64,000 nt of DNA from Eledone cirrhosa (GCA_964016885.1 OZ024743.1:273606001-273670000); one strand, 5' to 3'; counted from the first letter of the stretch, positions 12,492 to 30,360 are shown. Numbers and translations are program-made. The notes: generated from the letters alone by a model not told the origin.

Positions 12492-12492
<1 letters not shown>
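11060..12492 (-). mobile_element. Non-coding 643-nt-unit element (family D): 1.3 tandem units plus inverted arm, flanked by (TA)n
   Basis: TCAGGTTGGTGCGAGC at 11060 and 11703; 11912-12492 is an inverted copy of 11061-11600; internal 15-bp x3 repeat at 11311-11355. Confidence 0.85.
11642..11743 (-). ncRNA. Candidate non-circularly permuted (pseudoknotted) hammerhead ribozyme, copy 1
   Basis: GUCC-hairpin-UCGC-a-CCAACC-ug-AGGUAU-A-UGGUCUU-uaaa-GCGA-u-GAA-AUGCCU-aggac-GGUUGG-AAGACCA-CUGAUGA-a-GGAC. All core nucleotides are present in swapped order and covary with the other copies. Confidence 0.7.
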
Positions 12493-12559
<67 letters not shown>

Positions 12560-12562
<3 letters not shown>

Positions 12563-12800
12563 AAAGAATAGAGGTGTAACACACGACTTATGATATATTG
12601 GGAAAAAGAAAAGAAAATGCTGACAAATTGTTGCCAGTGTAAAATAGTTTAATTAGGAATAAGTAAAAATTAGTAATAAGTATTGGTTAGTATTCAGTTT
12701 TGGTTTTAAGTTTTTACCGGTTGCGCATTTCTAATGCTTTTCAAAAATAATTTTGAGATAGAACGCCCGTGATGTTTGCTCTAATCGGATTTTACCAATA
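12560..12800 (-). mobile_element. PLE pLTR-like fragment with UUGAAAA-type hammerhead variant
   Basis: Minus 12711-12746: TTT-TTGAAAA-GCAT..ATGC-GCAA-CCGG-TA-AAA; homologous to 34545-34581. Confidence 0.5.
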
Positions 12801-12806
12801 TATATA

Positions 12807-12900
<94 letters not shown>

Positions 12901-13789
12901 GGTTGCAATAAATACGTCCGAAGGTGGTATGCCGTTTGAGCACACAATTCTCATGCGGAGCAGAGTATATATTTATAGATAACGAGCAATCAGTGATGCA
13001 TTAAACACAATTTATTAACATATTACATATGTTTCTCCGACGACAGCATAGACGGACCAATACTTGTGTATGTACTTTCAGACGGAGACAAGTAGACAAA
13101 GAGAACTCACATAACCATAGATCTGTAAGACCGGTCAGAAAAGAGATGAGGCTGGAATAGGGTGTAGGGGAACGATTCGTTGGGTTCTCAACCCATTTCT
13201 GCCAAACTCCCCTCGAAATCACGGACGGCTCCCTTACTCTATTTTTTTCCATTTTTCAATATACTACTGATTTTAATATCAGTAGATTACTAAAAAATTG
13301 ATTAACAATATTCCAAAGAAGCCATTGCAGGTAGTTGAGAGTATAAATACATTCCTTGAAAGGAAGTATATAAATAAAAAAAAAAAGAACATAATTGTTC
13401 TCTTTTATGAATAAGGACCAGTTGAATTTGTTATATTCCCACCAGGCGATACCAGCTATTTTGAACATGTGTACAAGGGCAACTCTGTCTATCCAAAGAG
13501 AGCTCTTATCTGAAAGAAAGTGACAATTATATCATTTCAAATCTTTCCAATTTTCCCTTTAATGAAACGGATAGAATTAATGTTGATATCTAACATGATG
13601 TCCCCTCCGCTTTCTGAGCTTAGAGACCATGGAAGAGGGTTTTCATGACCATTTAAGAAGGTATATTTATTAGTAAATGGTGAAATATATACAACAAATG
13701 AGTTAGTGAATTGTGTTATATGGTTTCCAGTCCAGTCAGACTGCAACTACAAAAAAAAAAAAAAAAAATTGTTTGTTTGCTTCGTAACA

Positions 13790-14355
13790 AAGCATATACA
13801 AATTTAGGATAAATCTACTTCAACTTTGACCTCATTTCAATGGGACATTTGAGCTTCTTGGAGTCTCGCTAACTCTTTGACGTGAGGCTGGATTTTCGTT
13901 GATGTAGCCGGAGATCTCCATGTGTAATTACATTGTAGCGGTTGTGAGCCTTACTGTGCAGGGTTGGAAACAGCGCCAGACCCATCTCGACTAAATATGA
14001 ACTTGGAAAAGGCAGAGCAATTCTCTTAGCCTCTACATGTAGGAGTGGAAATCGACGCTGAATTTCCTCTTTCATCTAAAAAAGGGGTTCACCTATTTTG
14101 GGAAATCTAATTTTGATCATGTCATCTGTTCAATGAATTCTTCCTGAAATTTAACGTCCAAATCGTCGACGTTAGCTATGAAGGAATCTGCTAAGCATTT
14201 TGGGATAATACATTAGCACTGGCTGTCTCAGAGACGTACAAACATGGCTTATAAAACTTTGCAAATAAAGAGCCTTCCAGCGCCACCCAAAGGTTGAAAC
14301 GCTCCCCTAACGCCCCCTTGCTCCAAAACGCCCCCCGCCCCCCTGGAACTCTGAA
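13790..14355 (-). mobile_element. hAT (Buster/Charlie-like) transposase C-terminal remnant
   Basis: FPLLHVEAKRIALPFPSSYLVEMG..HNRYNV..GDLRL resembles the hAT C-terminal dimerisation domain. Confidence 0.7.
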
Positions 14356-14404
14356 ACACCCACTTTCGTAGGTTTCGTAGGTAGATTTACTTATTTAGTT
14401 TCCT

Positions 14405-15147
14405 TATACTACATCAGAGACTTGGGAGTAAAAGGCCACATGGTATATAAGCTGGTCCACTCATATAAATAGAAAAGTTGACATAGACCGCAGAATGTGT
14501 TCCTGAATTCTCAGAACTTTCCACTCAAGATATATCCATATCATTATCCTTCTCCTCACCACCTTTGCCCGACATGACCTTGGATACTGTTGTCTAACAA
14601 AGTTTCACGAAAATTGAAGAAACTCAAAGGTCAGTTACAAAAAGGATAGATGGCATGACAGGCTTTGATTATTGGTGTCGACTAGAAAAGCTCAAACTTT
14701 ATTCCCTCCAACGTGGCTGTGAGCGCTAGATCATCTGCTTGATGTGGAAAATAATCTATCGACATTGCCCAAATGATGTTGGCATCACCTTTAAGGTACA
14801 TCCACAGGCTCCGGCCCCGTGCTATCCACCCACAACAAAAATCACACTCGCATCTTATATCAACAATACGACACAATTATTCACCTCGATTGGCTCCACT
14901 CTCTTTAACGTTACACCAAAACACATTAAAACAGAGACAGGCCCCCATGATGTTCAAGACGACTTTGGACAATTTACTTCAAGAAATCCCGGATAAACCT
15001 CCTACACCCGGATATGTCCCCGTAAACAATAACTCTCTACTTCAGTAGGCCATGGTGTCCAAATCCTGATTTGAAATACTTCGCCGGGTGGTGGTATTTT
15101 GTTAAACATTGCCTGGGCCAATACTGGCCGAAGCCTATCAAGGTTAT

Positions 15148-15153
<6 letters not shown>
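14405..15153 (+). mobile_element. CR1-like LINE 3' fragment
   Basis: Decayed RDLGV..ILRTF..KIEETQRSVTKRIDGM..YWCRLEKLKLYSLQR..; short tandem tail ATCAAGG. Confidence 0.8.
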
Positions 15154-15227
<74 letters not shown>

Positions 15228-15264
15228 TTTATATATATATATATATAATATATATATATATATA

Positions 15265-15475
15265 ATATAAAATTACAGATTAAAGTTTAAGCAAAGAATC
15301 GCTGCTTTCACTCTTAACGGGATCTTCTGAAACATCTTATATATATATATGATTGTTACTGGAATTCTAGAAGAATCCAGCATCTATAACTTTCGGCAGA
15401 GGTCAGCGAGTTCTAGGCGCTGATGAACACCTTATCGAGCCCTCTTTGGATTTTAGTCTTCAAATTTATTATAAT

Positions 15476-15561
<86 letters not shown>

Positions 15562-15781
15562 TTATTAAAACAACAGATTAAAGTTTAATCAAAGAATCGC
15601 TGCTTTCACTCTTAACGGCATCTTCTGGAAGATCCCGTTAAGGGTGAAAGCAGCGATTCTTTGCTTAAACTTTAATCTGTTGTTTTAATAAATGTTTGCT
15701 CTACGGTTCTTATATATTTGATATATATCTATCCTTATCGAGCCCTCTTTGGATTTTAGTCTTCAAATTTATTATTATTAC

Positions 15782-15785
<4 letters not shown>
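15265..15785. mobile_element. Cluster of hammerhead mini-element fragments (CAGAAGA family) including fold-back 15561-15692
   Basis: Inverted arms meet at about 15626. The same sequence occurs at 15272-15333 (-), 22825-22895 (+) and 57753-57820 (+). Confidence 0.75.
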
Positions 15786-15851
<66 letters not shown>

Positions 15852-16025
15852 CATATATATATATATATATATATGGTGCTCTGAAATAGCGATGTATACA
15901 TGAATGCATGTATAGTATATTTGATGATATTCGGTTTGTGTAATTAAAAACATTTTGGAGACCTTGCGCTATTATTTTAAAGTATTGACTATGTCACATA
16001 TTTTTTCAGTAAAGGAAGGGGGATA

Positions 16026-16067
16026 AACTGACAGGTCTGTTTCACACTGTTGGTGTCCATCAGAGCC
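16026..16067 (-). ncRNA. Type I minimal hammerhead (A9 mutated here; CTGATGA in the 15420 copy)
   Basis: GGCT-CTGATGG-ACAC caaca GTGT-GAAA-CAGACCTG-TC-AGTT; upstream sequence is repeated at 15350-15430 (+). Confidence 0.65.
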
Positions 16068-16149
16068 TAGTACTCGCCGACCTCTGCCGAAAATTATAGA
16101 GGCTGGATTCTTATAGAATTCAGTAATAATCATATATATATATATAAAC

Positions 16150-16596
<447 letters not shown>

Positions 16597-16716
16597 TTCT
16601 ATTCTATGTATGTATATATCTATCTATATATATATATATATATATATATATGTTTATATGCATATATATATATATATGTGTATATATATATAATATATTA
16701 TATATTATATATATAT

Positions 16717-16840
16717 AGTGATGGTGCGTGGCTGAGTGGTTAGAGTATTGGATTCTCAATCGTTGGGCTATGAGTTCGATTGAAAACTGGGTGACAGGTT
16801 GTGTCCTAGGGCAAGTCACTTTATTTCACGCTGCTACTTC
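16717..16840 (+). mobile_element. SINE family B (CORE-like)
   Basis: TGGCTGAGTGG, GAGTTCGATT, GTGTCCTAGGGCAAGTCACTTTATTTCAC. Confidence 0.75.
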
Positions 16841-16933
16841 TACCTGCAGTTGCGACCGATAGATTGTATTAGCAATTGGAACGACCAATGGAAACATTGT
16901 TTCCTCGGTCCGATTTGACGAAAATCAATCGAC

Positions 16934-16991
<58 letters not shown>

Positions 16992-18088
16992 TTATTTACA
17001 TACACTAGTTATCATTTCCATGCGCAAGTAAATGCTCACATTCACACATACATATATATATACCAGAGTCATTTATCTACAACCATCAACCATCAACAGC
17101 ACACAAAGATTTACTGATGCTACATTAGAATAGTTTCATTCATATTTATTTCACTATTCTTTCAGTCATTTTTCATTCATTCTCTTCATTCATAAATTCC
17201 CTCTCTTTTTTTTTTACCTCCTCAGTACTTATCTTTCACTCGGTCGTATATACTCTTTCTCTCAGAATATATTCATCCCACTCTCTCCGACATCTTTACT
17301 ATCATTGTTGTAGGCCAACCTTCGTCTTTATTTATGTATATGAATGCTGCGTTTATTGTTGTTTCTTCGCGCGTGCATACACTTAAACTCTCTTTTCTCT
17401 CTTCTCACTCTATCTACCTCGTTGAAATGAATGCTTTCTATGTATCCGTCTGGATATTCCAATGGGCTTCAATATATATATATATTGTTCTGTGCTGTCT
17501 CTATGACACCCTTTTCCTAGGTGTTGCATTTTATGCATCCTATTGGTTGCTTATGTATTCTTATGTCCAAGTGCCCCACGTACCCTCTCTGTCTTTTATC
17601 TATATGTATAAAGCACAATGCATACGTCACCTGTAAAGAATAAATGTTGAAGGATTAAATTGAATAAAATATGTTGATACGAGCTCGCAGGTAAAAATAC
17701 AATGTTTTCTTTTCATTCAATACTATATAAGGATTCATACATTGTAACACGCGAACACATACACACATACACACCGTCACTCGGCCACTCACTCAGATAT
17801 AAATGTGTGAATCTCAGGTAATGTGGACATTAATTATATATAATAGGGAATACCTAAAACCCAGACTTCAGTATGTGTATTTCATTCTGATATGTATGCG
17901 ATACCAGGTATTCTACAGAATGCCTAGGATATGTGTCCAGGATATTATATTGTATACGTTTTCTTGAAGTTTTAGTCATTACGCCAAAATATCAAGCTAT
18001 TCCTCATAATGCCGGTTTTCTACTACGCCGGTAACATTTATACTAGCGATATATTATTTTCTATATACATATGTATATATATATACAT

Positions 18089-18481
<393 letters not shown>

Positions 18482-20117
18482 CGCATGACAAAATTCAATA
18501 ACTATAATGAAGACACATCTTTGCATTTGATTCAAAGAGAGTCATATCTCCTTGTTGAAATAACTTATCTAAAATACAACTTTTTCAATAATATCTACTA
18601 AGTAACTCATAAAGTCTTTGATATCACATTTTAACAGGTTCTTCATTTCCAGTTTTTCATTTAAACTTCACAACACATAACTAATTTCATGAACTGTATC
18701 CTGTAATTGCACTTCGACAGCCGATTTAGACAGTGTTGTTCGTCTACTCATCTACACATAACCTCATTTAGCAGCATTGGCTGCAGTCTTACAGTCCTTG
18801 GAGCGTAGGATGAAATTCGTTTTGGTATTTCTTCCACATCCCTGTGCTCTGAATTGAAACGCTACCTATGTCAACTTTGCTTTTCATATTTTCTGTTCCA
18901 TTAATATAATGTGATAGTTGCAGAATTCTTAGTGCGTTGGACAAGAATCCTTGCATGTGTTATTTGTTCTGCCTCTTCATGTTCGTATTTTACACCTCAC
19001 TGGTCATTACTCGGATTTTTAGATGTAGTCCGTCAACCAAAGTAACATCTCTTGATAATTAGATTACTTTAGCAGAGTCCACTTTGTTGGAACAATGTCT
19101 TTAATTTGAGGTTACTTTCGGTTTTCACAACAATTTCGGAGGTCTTGAAAAGATTCACGGACACTGTCCTTCATTCCCAGGCTAAGCATTAAAAACATAC
19201 TTGCCTTTAATAGTCTGGCGAAATTGTATTACTAACCTCCATAATTCATTTATGAGAAGTGCAACATTTTGGGCAGCAAAATTTCCTTTCTGAATATCTG
19301 AGTGAACAAATAATATTTCTAAACGTTCATCGGTTATCTATTGAGAATAGTCATTTTTGTTGTTTGTCAGATCAGGGGCAACGTCTTACAATGTTTTCTG
19401 ATGAGTATTTTATTGATATAAAAATAGTTCTAATGTTTATTCTAGATAGCAATGGTAGCAGTAGTGTTTTCTCATGATTCGCAAAACAACATCTCAAAAC
19501 ATTCTTAATGATCAATATATCTGATGTATGCTAACAATAGAGCCTCACTGTCTCTTACCGTATATTCACTCAACTGTATTGTGAATTTGATTCGACATCT
19601 CTACTCATCCCACCTATATTGCTGCAAACCGCACTGCTACTCAATGGCATGTATTTTAAACCTTTGTCATCCTTCTCTAAAATTGTGTTGAAATAATTGG
19701 ATTCTCTCCGTTTTATTTATTTATTTATTTATTAATTCTTTTTCTTACTATCGGTCAAGAAAATTCATAATTTGCCTGAAGAGTACGATAATAAGTTTCA
19801 AATATTTGCTAGCTGATCCAGTGTCCGAAGTTCATATTGGTGATTTTAAATATTTCAATTTCGAATTTACATAAATACTGTGATTTGTTTCAGAATATGC
19901 CTTCAGTCACTTGCATTTTATCCGTTCATTAGTATAAAAATGTTTGTATTAGAGACAGAAATGTGATTGTTCGGAAGAAATAGAGCTATATTTTAAGCAT
20001 ACTACTGATCATTTGTGATCTTAGAATTTTTGTTACTCATTTCAATCATAAGATATATGGAAATATGACGCATTGTAAATACATATATAGACTGTATGTC
20101 TTAGCGTCTCAAATTGT

Positions 20118-21852
<1,735 letters not shown>

Positions 21853-22826
21853 AAGTAATTCCGTCGGAAAGGTCCAGGAAAAAAGAGTGCTCTATGTAGG
21901 TTACAGAGCTTAATAGTTATGTTTATTACATAACTATATGTGGTAGCTAAGTATATGTTTTCTTTATACCATTACTTATTTGCATAGGTAAGTATATATT
22001 ACCTGTATGTTTTGTGAAGTTACGTATACCTTCTCGTACGTACATTTGATTGTATATGTTATGGCGTATAATTTAATATATTCTGGTATATACGGTTTGG
22101 TTATGTGTATACGGGAGTTTTGCGTCTGTGTGTGTATGCAGGTTCGTACGTATGTAGAGTGTGTGTATATGTGTACTTCATGTTTTCGTTGACTTACGTC
22201 TCCAAACATTTGTGTATTTACATGAAGGTATGTGTGTGCGCTTGTTATATACGTATTTATTTATTTATATACGTTTATTTAATTATTTATTTATTTGTAT
22301 ACACGCATACACACACACACATATTTATATGTGCGTGGTTTTGTATACCTATGGTAAGTGTTGCGTGTGTATGCTTGTGTATGTACGTATCTGTATGCGT
22401 GTACGTATTTACTTCTGTACTGTATTTATTTACTTTGTTCTTAACTCTGAAGCGGAGATTCATTCGGTCTCCTAGTTAGAATTTTAGTCTACGACTTCTG
22501 CTATACCATTTACGTGGTTTTGCGTGCAATTGTTCTCCACGGTCCACATATGACGTATTATCTTCATTTTTTTCGTTCATTGCCAGAGAACGTCTCTATG
22601 AACCACCTAAGAGAACATTAGTCTACGACCTATTTTATACCATAAACGTGGTTCTGTTTTTGCGCGTAATTGTTTTTCACCGCTCCTATTAATGACGTAT
22701 TATATTCGTTTTTTCCCGTTCTTTGCCAGGGAACGTTTCCACGAAGGAAAGTTTCGTCTTCCTGCCTTGCTCCGGTTGCAACGTTTTTTGAAATATCCAC
22801 TTCTGCGTTTACAGATTGACTTTGTT

Positions 22827-22877
22827 AGTTTCAGAAGATCCCGTTAAGGGTGAAAGCAGCGATTCTTTGCTTAAACT
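22827..22877 (+). ncRNA. Type I hammerhead variant with CAGAAGA core
   Basis: AGTTT-CAGAAGA-tCCC gttaa GGGt-GAAA-GCA..TGC-TT-AAACT. Confidence 0.65.
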
Positions 22878-22888
22878 TTAATCTGTTA

Positions 22889-22986
<98 letters not shown>

Positions 22987-23069
22987 GGAGGTGAGTTTTA
23001 TTGTAGTACAATAAAGCAATGCAAATATCGGATAAGTAGCACTTTACAGCTTGTAGGACTGGAGTATAA

Positions 23070-23407
23070 ATAATATAAGATCAAAAGATAGTTAAATGAG
23101 TTCCAAGTATTTTATTATGCGCATTTCAAAAACAAATATCATCATGAGATGATATTTGCGTTTTCATCACATAAAATAGGGATACATGATATGAAGGTTA
23201 AAATACACTTGTGAATAGTGAAGTTTTAAATCAACATATGTTGATATGTTGATTTAAAACTTCACTATTCACATGTGTTTTATAACCTTCATATCATGTA
23301 TCCTTATGTTATCTGATGAAAACGCAAATATCATCTCATGATGATATTTGTTTTTGATATGCACTTAATAAAATACTTGGAACTCTTTTAACCATCTTCT
23401 GATCTTT

Positions 23408-23412
<5 letters not shown>
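23070..23412. mobile_element. Fold-back element with a hammerhead in each arm
   Basis: About 170-bp arms. Consensus TTAT-CTGATGA-long stem II-GAAA-TGCGCA-TA-ATAA (23112-23174 minus, 23309-23371 plus); each arm has a different core mutation. Confidence 0.8.
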
Positions 23413-23467
<55 letters not shown>

Positions 23468-23912
23468 ATAATTTGAGACGCTAAAACATACGCTATTTTG
23501 CATCTGATCACTCAGTCCTTTTAGTCCTAATAAATGACAATGGTGGGCCAAATAGTCATGGAACGTTTAACATCCACTGTCATATTGAAAAGAGTGTTGG
23601 GAGGTAGACATTGCAACCAACTGTTCTATTATTGCCAGGGTGTACTACTTGTTTTTTTTTTAAACACTGACTCTGATATTTCATCACTCTCATCGTCATT
23701 CTCACGTTTCTTTGACATGGGATTCTTTGACCTGGGAAACACAATCATATGAGGAACTTTGGAATGTTTTAATTAATACCGTCATATACATAAAATATAT
23801 TCAAATTGTTAAAACAAATGAAAGTAACCCTGGTATTTTTTACTAACGTTGTATAATTTACCTACAAAACTCCATTACAAATATCTGAAAACTATTTACT
23901 TGATTCGTTACT

Positions 23913-24098
23913 AATAATTGTTTCTACGTTAGGGACAAGGTCAGCAATTACTCAGTGTATTACTGGTACTTTATTTTATCGACCCCGTAAGGATGAAAGG
24001 CAAAGTTAACCTCGGCGCGATTTGAACTCAGAATGGTAAGGGCCGTAACTCTATGCGTCAAAGCATGGCGTCCGACCCTCTACCAATACTGCCAATAA
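23913..24098 (-). mobile_element. SINE family A
   Basis: Close match to the reverse complement of 2059-2250. Confidence 0.9.
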
Positions 24099-24318
24099 TG
24101 CCGGTATGCACTACATATTGTATACGCAAGTTTAAAATTAAAATAAGGCAAGAACATACTGAGACTTTAAGTGATATTTCTGTGTCACCATGTGTGTCGC
24201 CTGTATTTATCTTTAAGTGTGTAATGTTCATGTTCATTTTCTTTGCGAATCCTCTCACTTGAATTCTCTTTCTCCTATCCCACGTTCCCCCTTTTCTCCA
24301 ACTATCTTATCTCTCTCC

Positions 24319-24396
<78 letters not shown>

Positions 24397-24830
24397 CTCA
24401 AACACACGTTTCTGTGGCTCTTTGACTCATACGTTTAATTCTTTTTTCTTCTCAGTATCATTTCATCATTGCACACACTCCGCCTCAGTACATCTTCTAT
24501 CTCTCCCTTTCTGTCATTTCCTTCAACAACGACCCCTTATATTTATTGTACTACATCGCATGATCCTCCCATTCTCCATCTAACTCTTAAAGTTTACGTT
24601 CTAATACTATTTTCTACCTTGCAACTTTCGTTCGGTCTCACACTCTCTTCTTCTCACTATACCTTCACAACACTTCTTTCATTCTTTATTTCTTCCATCC
24701 CTCTGCCTATTTCATTCACCTACACCATTTGTTGTCCTTGTTCTAACTTTCCCGCCCATTTTTACCAACTCACCCTCTCATATTTTCGTGGTACCATCTC
24801 CTATATACTTGCTGTATATCTCCCACACCC

Positions 24831-24906
<76 letters not shown>

Positions 24907-24919
24907 TTATATTTATATT

Positions 24920-24954
<35 letters not shown>

Positions 24955-24968
24955 ATAATTAAGTTAAA

Positions 24969-25783
<815 letters not shown>

Positions 25784-25784
25784 A

Positions 25785-26293
<509 letters not shown>

Positions 26294-26294
26294 C

Positions 26295-26503
26295 TGGTCT
26301 GGATAACCAAAGATGTGGGTTCGACTCACATGTACGGCAACACTCATCTTTTTCCATTTCTCCGAGGGTTATAAACCCCACTATCAGGCTAAAAATTTCT
26401 TTAGTCTAAAATACGGTGAAAGCTTAAAATTTCTAATTTCTAATTTCAAACACGCGCACCGTTTCAAAAACATACTTACATGTTTACGTTTATAATTTGC
26501 TTG
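26295..26503 (+). mobile_element. tRNA-headed small element (5'-truncated) fused to the PLE pLTR
   Basis: TGGTCTGGATAACCAAAGATGTGGGTTCGACTC..CATCTTTTTCC matches the 8482 and 10281 elements. Confidence 0.8.
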
Positions 26504-26526
26504 TATATATATATATATATATATAC

Positions 26527-26596
<70 letters not shown>

Positions 26597-26846
26597 TGAG
26601 ATAGTGGCGGGAAAAGTGGAACAAGGAGATTAAGAATGAAAGATATATATATATGAGTGATTGGGGAGGGGGTACCTGAAGATGCGCTGAACAGAGGACG
26701 AGAATAAGTGAAGGAAGGATAGATATGGTATTTGTTATCACTTAGTGAGGAGGGAGAGCAGATACGCGACCATTTGCAAGGCCCTACAAATACAAAGTCA
26801 TGGCCCTAATATGTGAAACAAGGTAGACTATATAACATGGAGGGAA

Positions 26847-26903
<57 letters not shown>

Positions 26904-26942
26904 CCTGCCTGTGTGTCATATATATACATATGTATATATATA

Positions 26943-27367
26943 TATTAATTCAAAATATTAACAAAATAGATATTCTTGTGATCAAGTATATTTTATTATA
27001 CATATTTCAGAGGTACTGAGTTAACTTCAACAGTACGTCCTCATCAGATAAAATAACATGATGCATGACATACCCTGACATAGTAGATGGTTAAGACTGA
27101 ATTAATGACTGAATCTTAACCATCTACTATGTCAGGGTATGTCATGCATGCATCATTTTATTTTATCTGATGAGGACGTACTGTTGAAGTTAACTCAGTA
27201 CCTCTGAAATATGTATAATAAAATATACTTGATCACAAGAATATCTATTTTGTTAATATTTTTAATTAATATTAATAACTCCGGAAAACCAAACTTGTTG
27301 AGTGCTTCCAATCTAAATGTAAAATTCATTCTTTGATTTATACATTGAACCTTGTTTAACCTTTAAA
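26943..27367. mobile_element. Fold-back pLTR-like element with an intact hammerhead in both arms
   Basis: TTTTAT-CTGATGA-GGACGTACTG..CAGTACCTCT-GAAA-TATGTA-TA-ATAAAA at 27161-27223 (+), mirrored near 26990-27050 (-). Confidence 0.85.
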
Positions 27368-27376
27368 TATATATAT

Positions 27377-27492
<116 letters not shown>

Positions 27493-27965
27493 GTATATAT
27501 ATATATATATATATATTTGCCTGCCTATGTGTCAGGCTTAATACCTAGTCCTTGGTTATGTTTGTGTTACATTTTATGGAGTCCACTGTGTTTCACATAT
27601 TAGGGCCATGACTTTGTATTTGTAGGGCCTTGCAAATGGTCGTGTATTCTGCTCTCCCTCCTCACTAGGTGTTAAAAAATACCATATCTATCCTTCCTTC
27701 ACTTATTCTCGTCCTCTGTTCAGCGCATCTTCAGGTACCCCCTCCCCAATCTCTCATATATATATATATATCTTTCTTTCTTAATCTCCTTGTTCCACTT
27801 TTCCCGCCACTATCTCATTTCATTCCTCATAATTCTCCTTCACTCTCAACCATTCCTCTCTCTTCTCGTTCTTCCCCACCTCTATCCATATTGTTACTCT
27901 CCCCCGCCTCAGTTCTTCGGGTTCGCTCTCCTTCATCTCTCTCATCTTTTTCTCTTTCCTTCACG

Positions 27966-28030
<65 letters not shown>

Positions 28031-28260
28031 AGATCTGTATATTTGCAGTCTCTTATTTTCTTTCACTTTTACATTCTTCTGTCATTCAATTCTCACTTTC
28101 TTTTCACACAGCTGTTTCTCTCTCCTTATACCATCATTCCTCTAAACCATTCATTCTGTCATCTATCATCTGATTATCCACCTCAATTTTTTTCATCTAT
28201 CATCTGGCTCACTTCTTCATGTCGCTCTGTTTCTTTCCTCTCACTCTTCTTCATTCCCTT

Positions 28261-28318
<58 letters not shown>

Positions 28319-28459
28319 TAAACATTTTATTCTACTCTTACTACTTATAAAACAAACTCGTCCATCACAATCACTACTTCAACGTTATACAAAACTATCA
28401 CCACCGCCTGCCAATGAATGAAATCATTATTATTTTTGTTGTTGGTATTATTATTATTA

Positions 28460-28478
28460 TTAGTAGTAGTAGTAGTAT

Positions 28479-28511
<33 letters not shown>

Positions 28512-28560
28512 TGGTAGTAGTAGTAGTAGTAGTAGTAGCAGTAGTAGTAGTAGCAGTGAC
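28460..28560. repeat. (TAG)n microsatellite
   Basis: Directly visible; explains the poly-S/T/V ORFs. Confidence 0.95.
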
Positions 28561-29071
28561 ACTAGTACAACTACTACTGCTACTATTACTTCTACTTACG
28601 CAACTCTCCATCATTCCTGCTTTCTTTCTCTTTATAGATTTTTTACTTTATTTACCTCTTTCATTATTTCATCCCTCTCTCCCTTCCCCTCTCTCTCCTT
28701 CCCTTCCTATCTCTCGCCTTGCCTCCCCTCCGTATCTCTCCAGTTAGCTACGCCTTGCAATTGTTTTTTTTTAAATACCTTCTATTGAATCTCTCTCCAC
28801 GTTGAACATATAGAAGGATATAATGATAGAGCAATAGTGAAAGAAAGTATTAAAGAAAGATGTATATATATATAGAAACACGTAGAGATATGCATAGTGA
28901 TATGGAAAGAAAGATGGAATTAGAGACTAGGAGAAATAGAGGTAGAAAGATATGCATAGAGAATTAGAAGGATGGGCAGATACATAAAGATATAGGGAGA
29001 GAATGCGAAATAGAATTAGTGAGATATGCATTGAGAAATAGAAGGAAGAATAAATACATAAAGATATATAT

Positions 29072-29219
<148 letters not shown>

Positions 29220-29309
29220 GAAGCAAGAACTGGAAGCAGAGAGATGCAGAGAGAAATAGAAAAAAAAAGGACAGAAACATGAAGCAATAGCGAGAGAACG
29301 TGAGAGAGA

Positions 29310-29420
29310 TAGAGCGGCGTGCGCATCTACAAGCATAACAACCAACCAACCAATAGAGTCGGTGTCTGATGTCCGTAAACTAAGCGCTAACAACAAACAA
29401 AGCTTCGCTTACAGTTTTCA
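29310..29420 (+). promoter_or_regulatory. Possible promoter/TSS region of the host gene
   Basis: Locally CpG-containing unique sequence with GCGTGCGCAT and CCAAT about 900 bp upstream of the coding exon; inference only. Confidence 0.3.
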
Positions 29421-30246
29421 TAACAAACTGCTAGAAACAACAGGAGAAAAGGAGAAAAGAAAACACACAAAAAAAAAGATTACACGACAAATATCTTTTT
29501 CATATACATAAACATTGAACGAGCAAGAGCAAACCAATACATACGACATCATAATATACATACATTCAATCTTATATATATATACATGTATATATAAAGG
29601 AATTCAAAAAAGAAGTGGGTTGAAATTGAAGTTCTGATCAAGGTGTTCGCGTGTTCACCGAAAATATAAGGAACGAAACAAATATGTTATTATAATTATA
29701 TATAATGATGAAAAACAATACAAATGAAGCATGGACGGATGTGTGTACACACTTACTAATGCTGCGAACAATAATATAGAATAATATCAACAACGATTAC
29801 AACAACAATAATCATAATACTTAATAATTTTTAAACAATAATAACGACAAATGTTTATATTCAGTTCAGAAATAAAAACAAAAAGATACTATTCTTATAA
29901 ATATTAAGAAAAGGATCGTCTTGAGGGGCGGGGTGTCATATTTAGTAGTTATAGGTACAGTAATCGTAGTAGTATCTTCATTATGATCATTTTTATTATT
30001 AAACAATTAGTCTTATGTTAAACTGATTGGACTGATAAAGATCACAGATCCATATTTATATTTCCGGCTTCATTTTCTTGTTTTCTTTTATCATCGCTAC
30101 TATTATTGCTGTCTGTTATCGTCAGTATTATTATTTATCGTAGTAATACTATCAGTTTTAATTATATACTTGCTGCTGTTATTGTTGCTATTATTATTAA
30201 TATTATTATTGTTCCCAAGACATGGCAAATGCCTTCGTGACATCTT

Positions 30247-30360
30247 ATGGCAAACATGTTTAACCCTTACAGAGTACAGGAATCCGACGGTAATTTCTTT
30301 GAGAGCTTTACAGCGTTGTCATGGAGACAAGAAAACAAACGTCTACGTGCTACATCGGAG
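30247..30360 (+). CDS. Probable first coding exon of a host gene (MANMFNPYRVQESDGNFFESFTALSWRQENKRLRATSE); resembles invertebrate BAIAP3/Munc13-4-like N-terminus from memory
   Basis: 38 open codons of non-repetitive composition ending in a consensus donor GAG|GTGAGT (phase 0). Too short for the ORF track. The family assignment is recollection, not a search result. Confidence 0.65.

Noticed and set aside
19100-20000. Very decayed LINE/Tc1-like coding traces (also 30900-31450, 32340-32620, 44500-44860)
   Set aside because: Only isolated motif-like words are readable; too weak to annotate without a profile search.
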